A stretch of DNA of 64,000 nucleotides from Octopus sinensis (Eukaryota): the NCBI RefSeq assembly GCF_006345805.1, contig NC_043005.1, positions 75,330,001 to 75,394,000 of the forward strand, given 5' to 3'. This document shows, in pieces, positions 48,714 through 60,187 of the stretch; position 1 is the stretch's first letter; each line of letters opens with the position of its first letter. The translations under genes were made by a program, and so were the position numbers. A model generated the notes under the pieces. It had not been told where the DNA came from, searched no databases, and saw only the letters and a list, made by a program, of their open reading frames with translations.

Positions 48714-49278
48714 CTGCAAAATAAATAAATCAAATATAAAAACCTGAACAAAATTTAATAGTCAATAAAAAATATCAAAGTGCTGCATGGTTATAATATA
48801 TAATTTAAAAAAAAAAACCAAAAAAAAACATCCAAGCAAACCCTAGCATTAGGGAAAAAGACAAAAAGTTAAATGACCTGCATATGTACAGTTAAAACTT
48901 TTGGTACACAATTGCAGAATTTAACAGATTGATAGTTCCAAAACATGGTGCAATATATGGTTGAAACCAAAATCTTTTGTTTGATCTGTCTGCTTTTCCA
49001 TGCTAATATGGCTTAAATGAATGTGTTCTCAAGGTATTGTCATTTTTTTTAATAGCCAGATGCCTTTTTTGAGAATAAATTTTCAAGTAAGGGATCTCTT
49101 ATTCCAAATGGTTTCAAAAGCACAAAGAAACTGGACAAGTTACTGACAGGAATGGTGCTATCAACACCATTATATGGACAAAATTTCCAAATGAGTAAGC
49201 ATAGATGAAAGAAATATACACATACACAAATGTATGTGTGTGTTTAGGTACATATCTCTCTCTAGAGATTTATATATA

Positions 49279-50844
49279 CAGTTGCGGCCAAAATGTTCAG
49301 AACGGCATTGTTTTCGTCAGAAAAGTAGGTATAAGTTTTTATCAAAGTTGTTTTATATTCTATAATTTTCACAGACAATAAATACAATATTAATTGTTAT
49401 TGTCCGAGATCTTGGTGTAATTTGAGAGGATAATACAAAAGTTATGGATGATTTAGTGATTTACTGCAAAGCCCATGTCGGCCAAAATGATCAGTACGGT
49501 TGAAAAAATAACAAAATAATCAAAAATGACAGAGAATACTGGAATTATTTAATATTTAGTGTGAAGCCCTTTAGCTTCAATCACACTCTGACATCTTCGA
49601 CTGCATGAGGAAATTAAATTTTCAATTTCTTGCTGGGTGATCTTATTCCATTCTTCCTGAAGGGCATTCCATAATTGCTCAGTCTCCTAGAATATTCCAC
49701 ACATTTTCAATAGGATTGAGATCTGGGCTTTGAGCTGGCCAATCCATAACAATAGCCTTTTCAGCCTTGAGGAAGTTCATGACCACCTTAGCCTTGTGAC
49801 ATGGGGCATTGTCCTGCATGAATCTGGGTGGTCGCTTAGTTGAATTTCTCAGCACAGGCAAGACATGATCTATTACAAGTTGTTTATAAACTCCTGCATT
49901 TAACTTTCCATGTAATCGCACCAAAAAGCCCACACCATCTCCAGATATCATTCCCCAAACCATGACACTTCCTCCACCGAATTTAACACTAGTCTTAAGG
50001 CATTTAGGCAACAATTTTTCACCTACTTTTCTACGAACGTACCTTTTCCCATCTGAGTCAAATAGCATAAACTTAGATTCATCACTGAAATGTACCGTTT
50101 GCCATTTTTCTTGAGACCACAACACATGTTCGGTTGCAAAGGTAAGACGACACTTTTTATTCTTGGAGCTGATCAGTGGCTTCACTGCAGGTGCTCTTAC
50201 TTGTAGGTCATGTTCAACTAAACGATGAGACAGTTTTTCGAGATAAAGTTTTCTTCAATACAATGCTCATTTTCCGAGAAACAGCAGCAGCAGTTTTAAA
50301 TCTATCCTTTTTAACCAACTTTACCATAGCACGATCTTCTCTCTTGGTCGTTTTTCTTGGCCTACCTGTAAACTTTCTTGCTTCACACGAACCACAATCA
50401 TCGTAGACCTTAAGAATACCGTGTACAACACTTTTTGACTTGTTAATCTTTGCAATAGATCCAATAATCTGCTGACGAATTGGTAACGGAGTAAGTGGCA
50501 TTATATTAACAAAGTACACTGCAAATATTCTTACTAATGTTTAGTAAACGAACCATCACGTAAACAAATTCAAAATATTAGAGTTCGCCTGTTAAATATA
50601 CTAAAACACGGAGTAAAAGCAACCGTTCTGATCATTTTGGCTGCCATGGGTTTTGCAGTAAATCACTAAATCATCCATAACTTTTGTATTATCCTCTCAA
50701 ATTACACTAAAATCTCAGGCCACAACAAAAAAATATCGTATTTATTGTCTGTGAAATTTATAGAATATAAAACAACTTTGATAAAAAATCATATCTACTT
50801 TTCTGACGAAAACAATGCCGTTCTGAACATTTTGGCCGCAGCTG
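49279..50844 (-). mobile_element. Tc1 (DD34E) transposon, 1566 bp, with 224/225-bp IR/DR terminal repeats
   Basis: TA|CAGTTGCGGCC...GGCCGCAGCTG|TA. TIRs 49279-49502 and 50620-50844, each with an outer and inner GGCCAAAATG(T/A)TCAG(A/T)ACGG direct repeat. Confidence 0.95.
49549..50519 (-). pseudogene. Tc1 transposase pseudogene
   Basis: HTH region with GRPRKTT, FSDESKF, QDNAPCH, WPAQSPDLNPIENVW (34 residues between D and E), C-terminus AKGLHTKY*. One 2-nt frameshift near 50222 and a frameshifting deletion near 49685. Confidence 0.92.
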
Positions 50845-50861
50845 TATATATATATATTTTT

Positions 50862-51377
50862 GTGACCCCCTTCGATCATGAATGACCATGGGATTGCACC
50901 TAGAAAGTTACCCTCCGAGGCTCAAGTCCGGGCAAGGTTGTTTATGGAAGACCAGCAGTCGCCCACTCATACCAGCCTCCCCTCTCCATGCCACCAATGT
51001 TATCCAAGGGAAAGGCAAAGGCCGATACAGCTTGGTACCAGTGACGTCGCAGCTCATTTATTAACGTGCAAATGGCTGAGCACTCCACAAACACATGTAC
51101 TCTTAACGTAGTTCTCAGGGAGATTCAGTATGACACAGAATGTGACATGGCTGCCCCTTTGAAATACAGGTACAACAGAAACAGGAAGAAAGAGTGAGAG
51201 AAAGTTGTGGTGAAAGAGTACAGCAGGGTTCAGCACCACCCCCTGCCGGAGCCTCGTGGAGCTTTAGGTGTTTTCGCTCAATAAACAAATACTCACAATG
51301 CCTGGTCTGGGAATTGAAACCACAATCCTATGACCGCAAGTCTGCTGCCCTAACCACTGGGCCATTGCGCCTCCACA
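50862..51377 (-). mobile_element. Composite tRNA-headed SINE
   Basis: Head GTGGAGGCGCAATGGCCCAGTGGTTAGGG...GGTTTCAATTCC (as at 14070), middle shared with 47030-47340, tail shared with 43723-43903. Confidence 0.75.
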
Positions 51378-51744
51378 CACATATATATATATATCTCACA
51401 GATACATCTCCAAACTATATTTTCAGTTTCTGCCTACCAAATCCACTGACATGGCACTTTGGTCAGCCTAGGGGTATAGCAGGAAAACACTTGACCAAAG
51501 TGCTATGCAGTAGAGCTGAACCCAAAACTGTGTGATTGGCAAGCAAACTTTTAACACAAATAGCCAGGCCTGCATCTAAAATATTCACATTAGCAGAAAA
51601 TTCAGTCAAAGGACATTGACAACACTAAAAGGAGTGTTTCAATTTTACACTAGAGAACACAAACATTAGTAGTTAAAGCCCAATTCAAACCTGATCAAAT
51701 AGAGCAGAAGTACTCCAATGACAATTTGTTTTTTTTTTCAATGT

Positions 51745-51838
51745 CTACAACTACATGATGCAATGTATCCAGAGCATCTAAGACTACATGATTCAATGTG
51801 TCTGGGAGTGTCTAAGACTATATGATGCAATGTGTTCA
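51745..51838. repeat. Short minisatellite, about 34-bp unit x nearly 3
   Basis: Unit CTAAGACTACATGATGCAATGTGTC.GG.AG(C/T)(A/G)T. Confidence 0.7.
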
Positions 51839-52295
51839 TTTAGAGTAGAATATGAGATGAAGCAGATTACATGAATGATCTTGGACATGATGAATTTATC
51901 CCCATTTCTCATTTCATGGATATATAATTTGAAAAGCACCTTTAAAAACATATCCCCATAATTTACCTACATACATTTTGAATAATATCACAAATGATTA
52001 TAATTTTAGTACAAGGTCAGCAATTTTGAGCAAAGGAAGAAGTCTAGTACATTGACTCAAGAGCTTAAATGATACTCATTTTTATCCACCTTGAAAGGAT
52101 GAAAGGTAAAGCTGACATCGACAGCATTTGAACTCAGGGCATAAAGAGCCAGAAGAAATGCCATTAAGCATTTTGTCTGGCACAGTAACGATTCTGCCAG
52201 CTTGCTAATGATAAAGTAAACAACTTAGGCAAAGTTGTAAGGGATTACTAACCTACACCACATCAGATTTTGTTGAAATAAAATTTCATATTTAC

Positions 52296-52438
52296 CTTTC
52301 TATATCGTAAAACTGAGGTCTATCTCTTTGAGTATGCCGACGCCTACCATTACTTCGTCGTTCACTACCATCATCATCTCTGTCTTGCTGTTGAGTTTCT
52401 CTTGGGCGAAGAGCATGATTTCTAACATTTTCCCAGAA
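52296..52438 (-). CDS. RNF115/RNF126: RNF115/RNF126-like exon (FWENVRNHALRPRETQQQDRDDDGSERRSNGRRRHTQRDRPQFYDIE)
   Basis: Acceptor ttgcttttatag, donor AAG|gtaaat; 143 nt, phase 0/2, open frame. Arg-rich linker ending in IE, as in the family. Confidence 0.9.
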
Positions 52439-52554
52439 CTATAAAAGCAAAAAGGCAAACATTTTAATGAGAGTTAATAGAGACAACTTATCTATTGTTA
52501 TAAACTAGTGATCTGTTTAGTTTATAATAGTTATATATCATGCCAAATGTCCTC

Positions 52555-52950
52555 TACAAAGAGACTTAGATGATATACACAACAATGCAGAAGATAGAAG
52601 CCTTTGGGATGAGGACCATTCACAGACTGGGCAAATTAAGCAGGAAAGGCAGGGTTACAAACGTTGTAGTACTAAAAAAGCTGAAAACCCAAAAGAAGAC
52701 ACCTACTGTTGAGAAGCAAGTCCACAAAGCAATTGAATTTTGGACATACAATGCACCATAAGTCACTACTCGAGACATCCTGACAGGAAATGTTTAAGGG
52801 AAGAGAGCAAGAAGTGATCAAAGAGGTATGTGGACTGATGGCCTCAAAGAATAGACTGGAAAAAAAACTTGATTGTGTGTATGCAGCACAACAGAAGAAA
52901 CTGAAGAGTCTTGGCAAGCCAACAGAGGGTGGACACCTGACTGATGGCTA
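52555..52950 (+). mobile_element. Decayed RTE-clade LINE 3' fragment
   Basis: KIEAFGMRTIHRLGKLSRKGRVTNVVVLKKL and GKRARSDQRGMWTDGLKE resemble the RTE ORF C-terminus. Confidence 0.65.
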
Positions 52951-53492
52951 CTTAGTAGGTATTAGAAACCCAAGTACACGTATTGAACATTCAGCTTACA
53001 TTTCTTGGTTTGTTGTTTAGTCCTATCCTTGACAATGTACTTTGTTGTGAAACTTCCTGCTAATAGATTTCCATGACTATCACAGACTTATCTAATCCAG
53101 GTCAGCATGGATAAAATCCAAAACCTTATTGATTTTATTTTTATTTTGCCAAGTAAGTCAACATTATTTTGGTTAAAGCTCAAAGCTGGGGGTGGGGGGA
53201 GAAAAGAGAAAAGATTTTCTCACATGTGCTAAGATGGGCATCAAACTAAAAGGTTTATTCTGTAAAACTGAATGCAAATAAACATCTTCCTTATCAGAAG
53301 TTTAAGTTAGGAGGAAAAAAAACTGAAGACCTGAGTAAATTATATCAACATTAAAATAAATTAGTATTTCCTACTTCAAGAAAACAGAAGTCCAGTTGAA
53401 AATTTTATTAAATACAAAATAATTTGTAGAATAAAATTTTAACAAAACAAAAAACAAAAAGGACAATATCTTACATCTAAAACATAGCTTAC

Positions 53493-53544
53493 AGAATCTT
53501 GATCTTGTTGTGAAGGCGTAGTTCTTGGTGTGTTGGAAAAATCT
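53493..53544 (-). CDS. RNF115/RNF126: RNF115/RNF126-like exon (E-DFSNTPRTTPSQQDQDS)
   Basis: Acceptor tttttttttccttcag, donor TCT|gtaagc; 52 nt, phase 2/0, matching both neighbours. Confidence 0.85.
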
Positions 53545-54634
53545 CTGAAGGAAAAAAAAAAAGAATTTTGTTAGGTCATAAAAGAATATAACATTTTTCT
53601 TTCCAGTTAAAATCTCCACAAAATAAATGAAAATATGATCCAGAAGCGAAATGTAAAAAATTAAAACTTTTCGGTTAGATGTCAGAAATACTAGTGTCTC
53701 CATAAGTCAAAACTAGTCCTGCATTTACACATGTACAGATTTTTTGAAGACCGACAGTTACTCATGAATACAAGTTTTTTTCTGTCTTGAATAACTTAGG
53801 CCAATACAGTTTAGCATTAGTGTCGTTACACGTGTTGCAGTCAAAACAAAAGGAACCAGAACTAATACACCATAAGGCATATATTGTCCAAACCTCTAAC
53901 TCTTCTCATCAACAATGGATCAGTATTTTTTTAATAATGGAAAAATAAAAAGGCAAGGTTGATTTTGGTAGAATTGCAGAGAATTAGAACAATTACTGTG
54001 AAGTATTCTACCCCATGTGCTAGCACCCCTACAAATTCACCACCTTAAATGTCTGAGATGAGTCCTGTTCAGTAAGAATGGTTTCTACAGCTAATCTCAT
54101 TTTTGAAAATGAACTTTTTGGTTTTTGAGCACAAGTGATGCTGTCACGTCAAAGACACAGGCAAAGACGTCACGTAAAAAAAGCACTCGTTACACTGTAT
54201 AGGGGTTAGCATTAGGAAGGGCATCCACTTGTAGAACCATGCCAAAACAAACAGAGCCTGGTGCAGCTCCTGACAAAACATCTGATCCATACCAGCACAA
54301 AAAACTGACTATAAATGATAACATCTGTACTATATTTCAATTGGATCATCTCAATCATCATAAAGTATTTTACTGGATGTGTACATCGCTTTAGCTTAGA
54401 AATAAAAAGTTACCTAATTGTAATGCATTCAAAATGTACACAAGAAATATAATACCTGATAATGATCAGGGGATCAAATCAATTGAAAACGTATTGTAAA
54501 TGTTAAAAACCTATATTCAAAGGATTGAGGTTTAATAGCTCGGAAAAAAATTTTTTTTAATTATAGCATTAGATATGAAATCAAAGATTTGTGGATGTGA
54601 TATAATAAACCAATATAATAATAAATTCTGTTAA

Positions 54635-55859
54635 CCCTTTCGATACTAACCCAGCCATAGCCACCTGAAAAATCTTTTGGTTCATAAGACCAACCCTGCC
54701 ATAGCCAGCCGAGAGTACCCATTGTTATTTAAATGTGAATTTAAGCACAAATCTCGTTAGTACATTTGTGAAAATATGTGATAGTATCCGACATTGCTTG
54801 GCATGATATCTGAATTCAGTGTATTTTGGGAGATTTTTTCCCACATTTTTTCGGAATCGATTTTTTTTCAACTTTGAAAATGGATAGGAGTTTCATGCTA
54901 TCAAGCCTGAATTTAAAGGCTTTTCAATGGAAAATATGGAGATATAGAGAAAAAGAATGAATGAGGTACAAAAGCACATGGTGTACAAGAATGAATAGGA
55001 TATTTCTATATCCGAAATCGAAAGCAGTGGCGATCCTGAAGAAACAAAACAGCGATAGCGACAGCAAAGACGATTTTACATCAGAATGAAGTAAAAACTT
55101 TAGAAATGTTTTTATTAGCAATTTTTCTGAGGAGACGGGGGTCTATCCATTATCTTTCTTAAGAAGCAAAGCCATTAGACTTTTATTCTTTCCAGTATAC
55201 TTGTTTGAAGCGATCACTGTGGAAAAACTGTTACGCAGAATGTAAACAAACAGTATATGCCAAAAAAGCCCACAAAATGGGGTATCAAAGTTTGGAAAAT
55301 TTGTGAAGCAAATACTGGGTACTGCTGTAAATTTAGTTTTTGTACAGGGAAAATAATGTTAGTCAGCATGGCCTAGGGTACGATGTGGTCTGGAATTTAT
55401 CACTTCCATACCATAACCAGGGCCGTATATTATTTTTTGACTGATTTTTTTTTAGTTCAGTCAAACTTGCGGTGGATTTAGGTGGATTCCAGTATTTCAG
55501 TTTATTTCACCTTTATGGTACACAATTCTTCTATATCAAAATTTTGTTGCATACCAAATTGAATATTAGCTGATGATTCATTTTCTATGGTGATGTTTAA
55601 ACAAAATTTTAATATTTTTACTGTTTGTTCAGTTTACCTAGATTTACTTGTAATTAGAGTCACTTTGAAACAAAAGTTATGCAATAGAATTGATTAAGAA
55701 CCCTTTCTTTAGTTATGTTCTAAATATCACATTAATATGTTGATAAGTAAAAAAAAGTTAAAGTTGTTTAATGAAACTAGTCTAAATTCAGGATTATTTT
55801 AGAATTTAACTGAAACTCATGAGGGGTGTATTTTGGTCAGAAATATAGTAATGAAACAG
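54635..55859 (+). mobile_element. Internally deleted piggyBac (PGBD4-like) element
   Basis: TTAA|CCCTTTCGATACTAACCCAGC left end. Encodes KQYMPKKPTKWGIKVWKICEANTGYCCKF and HGLGYDVVWNLSLPYHNQGRILFFD. Degenerate right end ...AATATAGTAATGAAACAG|TTAA. Confidence 0.8.
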
Positions 55860-57855
55860 TTAAATTAGAGGCAAATACCTGAAAAATTATGAATATTAGT
55901 GAAAAAAAAAAAAAAAAAACTGAGCAAAATTGAACTGAGAGCAGAAAATGTTTAGGAATAACAGCAATGAACTGAAATAATCTAAAGAATGAACAGACAA
56001 GAAGGGAACTCCATAACCCATCTCACAGAGTAGTAACTAAATAAAAACTTACACAAGGTAGACAGGACACTAACCCTGTTACACAGAACTGATGCCAGCA
56101 GATCAATTAAACACATCCAGTTCACACCATAATGTAGATGGTCAAAAACAGGGAAGGCACCTAGCTGTATAAATTACACTTAAAATATAAATACAAATGA
56201 TTATATACACAATGAAATGGTCTGTTTGCTGTATCCAACCCATGCCAGCATGGAGAATGGATGTTAAATTATGATTATGCCAGATGATGAAGGGCCCCAA
56301 CAAGTGACATATGTTCAACTCTTAAGAAAAAACAATAATTGAATATGCTGAAATAATAGTTGGCTGTCAAAAGAAGACAGTGACTTCATCATTCCTTTGA
56401 ATAATTCTTGATCATATTTTCTATGACATTAATTATTCTTGAACATTAATCTTTATCTTTTACTTCTATCAGTCACTCACCAGCTGTCACACTGGGGTAC
56501 CGCCTTCAAGGATTTTAGTCAGTAACAAATCAACACCAGTACTATTTTTTTAAGTGCAGTACTTATTCTATCAGTCTCTTATCAAAACCATTAAGCTACA
56601 GAGACAGAACAAGCCAACACTGGTCATCATGTGTTGGAAGGGAGAGAACAAACAAAGCACAAAGGCACAAACACAACAGCCTTCTGTTTACCAAATATGC
56701 TCAGAAGGTATTGGTTGGCCTAGAACAACAGAAGACACTTGCTCAAGTGCTACACAGTAAGACTGAATCTGAAACCACAAGCTTGCTAACCATAAAACTG
56801 AATATTTTTAGTGTCAGACGTAAATTTTCAGAGCAGGCATTTTGATTTAAAAAAAATTTTTTTAAAACCTAAATAACCAGCTACATTTGTAATGCAAGTG
56901 GTAAGGTTTAAATTCATGTTACATGGGCAATATCTAGCATCTCCAGTGCCACACAAAATCAATATTTCAAATAATTTAATTTATATACGAAATCAAATTA
57001 ATTTTTTAAAGCAAAGGGCATGATAGTTTGTCAACATGAAAGAATAAAGTCCATGTTCTAGCCATGAACTTTAGTAATCATGGTTTGACATTTCTTGGGT
57101 TAGTTTTAAGCACATAAATACTAGGATAACTTCCTTGCAAAATATTTGCCAATCATTTGGCATACAAATCTGTTACAACTGTACAGCAAATCTGATATCA
57201 TTTATGACAATAAAAAACAATTATCTAAATCCAAATGTCTAAAAGTATTCACAAACTAATGATAAAATGACTGTTTTAAAATGCCAGTTTATTTGAAAAC
57301 AAAAAAAAGCAGGATCACAAATGGAAAACTTATGGGCTTTTTCTTCTTTTGATCAGATATTAGGAGCTAAAGAAGAACAGTAAGACTAATTCAAACCCTG
57401 TGAGAGGATCATCTGGAACTCCAAAGAGAATTTTGCAGATCAAGAGCACTGATCCAATTAAACCAACTCAACCAGAGATATCATTGCCAGTTCAGTGTTA
57501 AATAACAACAGGTGTGATAAAGAAACTTTCTTCACAACCACATGGTTTCAGATTTACTTCCATTGCACACGACCTTGAGCAAGAGTCTAGCCTTGAGTTG
57601 ACCAGAGAGAACCTTATGAGTAAAGTTGGGAAATAGATGGAAATTGTGCAAAAACCTGTTGGAGGGGCCCATTATTGTTCTTAGGTGGTACACTTAATTT
57701 GTTACCTAGCGCAACACGTCTACCAGGTCCTTATTGATTTTAATGGTGTCCATTGTTGCAAATATTCACAGAGTCCCTAAAAAGGATCAAAAGTTTTCAG
57801 TACTGTCATTTTAATCATCATAACAATTATACATGAAAATTAAAATTAATCTTAC

Positions 57856-57905
57856 TCTGTAATTTCTTCTACAAATCCATTTTCACAGCGGGGACATGTG
57901 AAATC
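57856..57905 (-). CDS. RNF115/RNF126: RNF115/RNF126-like exon 2, second half of the N-terminal zinc ribbon (DFTCPRCENGFVEEIT)
   Basis: Acceptor ttaatttatttttag, donor AGA|gtaaga; 50 nt, phase 0/2. Matches the family CPxCxxGFIEE motif. Confidence 0.95.
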
Positions 57906-58775
57906 CTAAAAATAAATTAAAGACAAACTTTTAATTTATGAAAAAGTATAGGAATTACAGAAAATATTTTGTATCAAGTTAAAATTATTTCTCACTTCAG
58001 ATTGAAATTGAGTATTTTGGAAACTTTTAGTTAAGTGTCTTTCACATCACAACAGGAAAATTTAGAAAACCTATCAGTTTTACAATTAAAAAGAAATTCT
58101 TCTGTGAGCAAAAAATTCAATTTCTATTATAGCTGTTCTTTCTTTATATATATATATATATATATATATATTTAATATAAAAATTTAAAATGGCTGCAAT
58201 AATATATTTTCATTAATTCAATCCCTAAAAAGAAGAAAAAAAGCTCTTCAGAAAAATATTCTTTCATTATAATTTTGACTACTAATCCAATTGAAGTGAC
58301 CTTGGTGAATTGTTAATGATATTACAAAATTCAAAACAAATTCATTAGGTATTATAATTTGGTTTATTATTGTAGTATTTAAACAAGAGTAGCAACCAAA
58401 ATATTTACAACAAATATAAACAGTGGTGAAATCTTAGTTTTGAAAATTTTGCTTTCCAGCAAACCTCAAACTACATTTCCTGATCAAAATTAGCACATTT
58501 AAAAATATTTTAACATGAGAAATTTCCACAATACTTTTTTTTACAAGACCTAACACACTTTGTAATAATAAAACTCTTAGGCTATCATATCAAACTGCCT
58601 AATCATTATAATTTCTGTGAAAATTGTTTATCTGTATCATATCTTCCGGTTTGGTTTACAACTCCTCTCTCTCTCTCTCTTTCGCCCAGTGTATGCATAT
58701 ATATGCACAGACATAATTCTTAACACTACTGTTAAAGACATTAGAACAAAAACATCTATATTCTGTCTGCATCCC

Positions 58776-58841
<66 letters not shown>

Positions 58842-59395
58842 ATAATGATATGCATATAGCTGTACATATGAAAATGACAATATTGTTTGTGTGTATATAC
58901 ACAAACATTTCAAGATTGTTAAAGACATTTAACTAGGTACTACTATTGAAAATAAATTAATTTTCAAAAGTGTTAGATCTATAATTTCTTTATAACAACC
59001 ATGTGGAGAAATTTAACAGCGTAAATACTGAAAACAGAGACAGATAATACTAGACATCACTATAAAGGGAGACAAGCACAATTTGACCAAACAAACATTT
59101 TTTTTTTTTTGCTTGATCATTTTCATGTCAAAATACACCCCCACCTCACAATTATAAATCATTAGAAAGTTCTGGATGTGAACTTTCTTATATACATTTG
59201 ATTAAAATCTGACATGTAATAATACCCGGTTCTCCAAAATCACTGGTATTTCCAACCACTTACAAAGTTTGACCCATTTTTGTTTTTTACGGTTGAATGG
59301 TAGCCTTCATCTAGTTCAATGCACTGGAGCACTGTAACTTGATTTGTGTTAAAAATGATAGTCGTGAAGAAGACTTGTTTTTGCTTTATCTAGTA

Positions 59396-59757
59396 CTAGC
59401 AGTATCAACCGGCGTTGCTCGGGTTTGTAAGGGAAATAACTATATAAGCATTTTTAGAGATGTAAAGTATAATAGCCATCTCAATATGGCTAACCACAAA
59501 GGGGGCTGTTACTGTAGCTTTTTACGTTCTGAGATTTAATAATACATTTTTAGAGAGTTACTTCCCTTATATAATAGCAAAAAATGCATCAAAAATGGGA
59601 AAAAATGATGGTAAATTTTTTTTTAAATCATAGACTCATCGTAGACATGTGCTAATACCCAGAAGGGCTCGATATACACTGCACCGCAAAATGTGGGAGT
59701 AGTTAGGAATCTAAATCGTAGGAGACAGACACACAACTTCACTTTTATATATAAAGA
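59396..59757 (-). mobile_element. Non-autonomous Helitron (362 bp)
   Basis: Minus strand reads A|TCTTTATATATAAAA...CCCGAGCAACGCCGG hairpin...CTAG|T. Confidence 0.8.
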
Positions 59758-59940
59758 TATGTATAAATCACAGTTTGCATGTGCATATTGACTAATGCAT
59801 ACATTTCCACGATTCTCAACCAATTTTCAAAATTTACACACACATCACTTATGTCCTAAGGATGGTCATGCACTCTAACATTTTGACCAGAGATCCCATG
59901 TAAATGGACAAACCGAAAAAAAAAAACAGTGGTTTACAAG

Positions 59941-60187
59941 GGTCTTCCATACTTTTTTAATCTATATGGTCGTATTGGCATTAAAGAATATTTTTTAGTA
60001 GTTTTCACATTTTTTTTATTTATTATCTATTTATAATTTGTAATTGTGTTTGAACGTTTTGGTTAGAGAATATAAAAGTGAAAGGATTTTGTCTATTTTG
60101 ACTGTTTTCCATACTTTTTAAAATCTATATGGTTGTATATTTGCATTACAGAATATTTTTTTAGCCGTTTTCACATTTTTTATTATT
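59941..60187. repeat. Diverged direct repeat, about 80 bp x 2
   Basis: TTCCATACTTTTT.AATCTATATGGT.GTAT...GCATTA.AGAATATTTTTT.G...TTTTCACATTTTTT at about 59941-60020 and 60103-60187. Confidence 0.7.
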
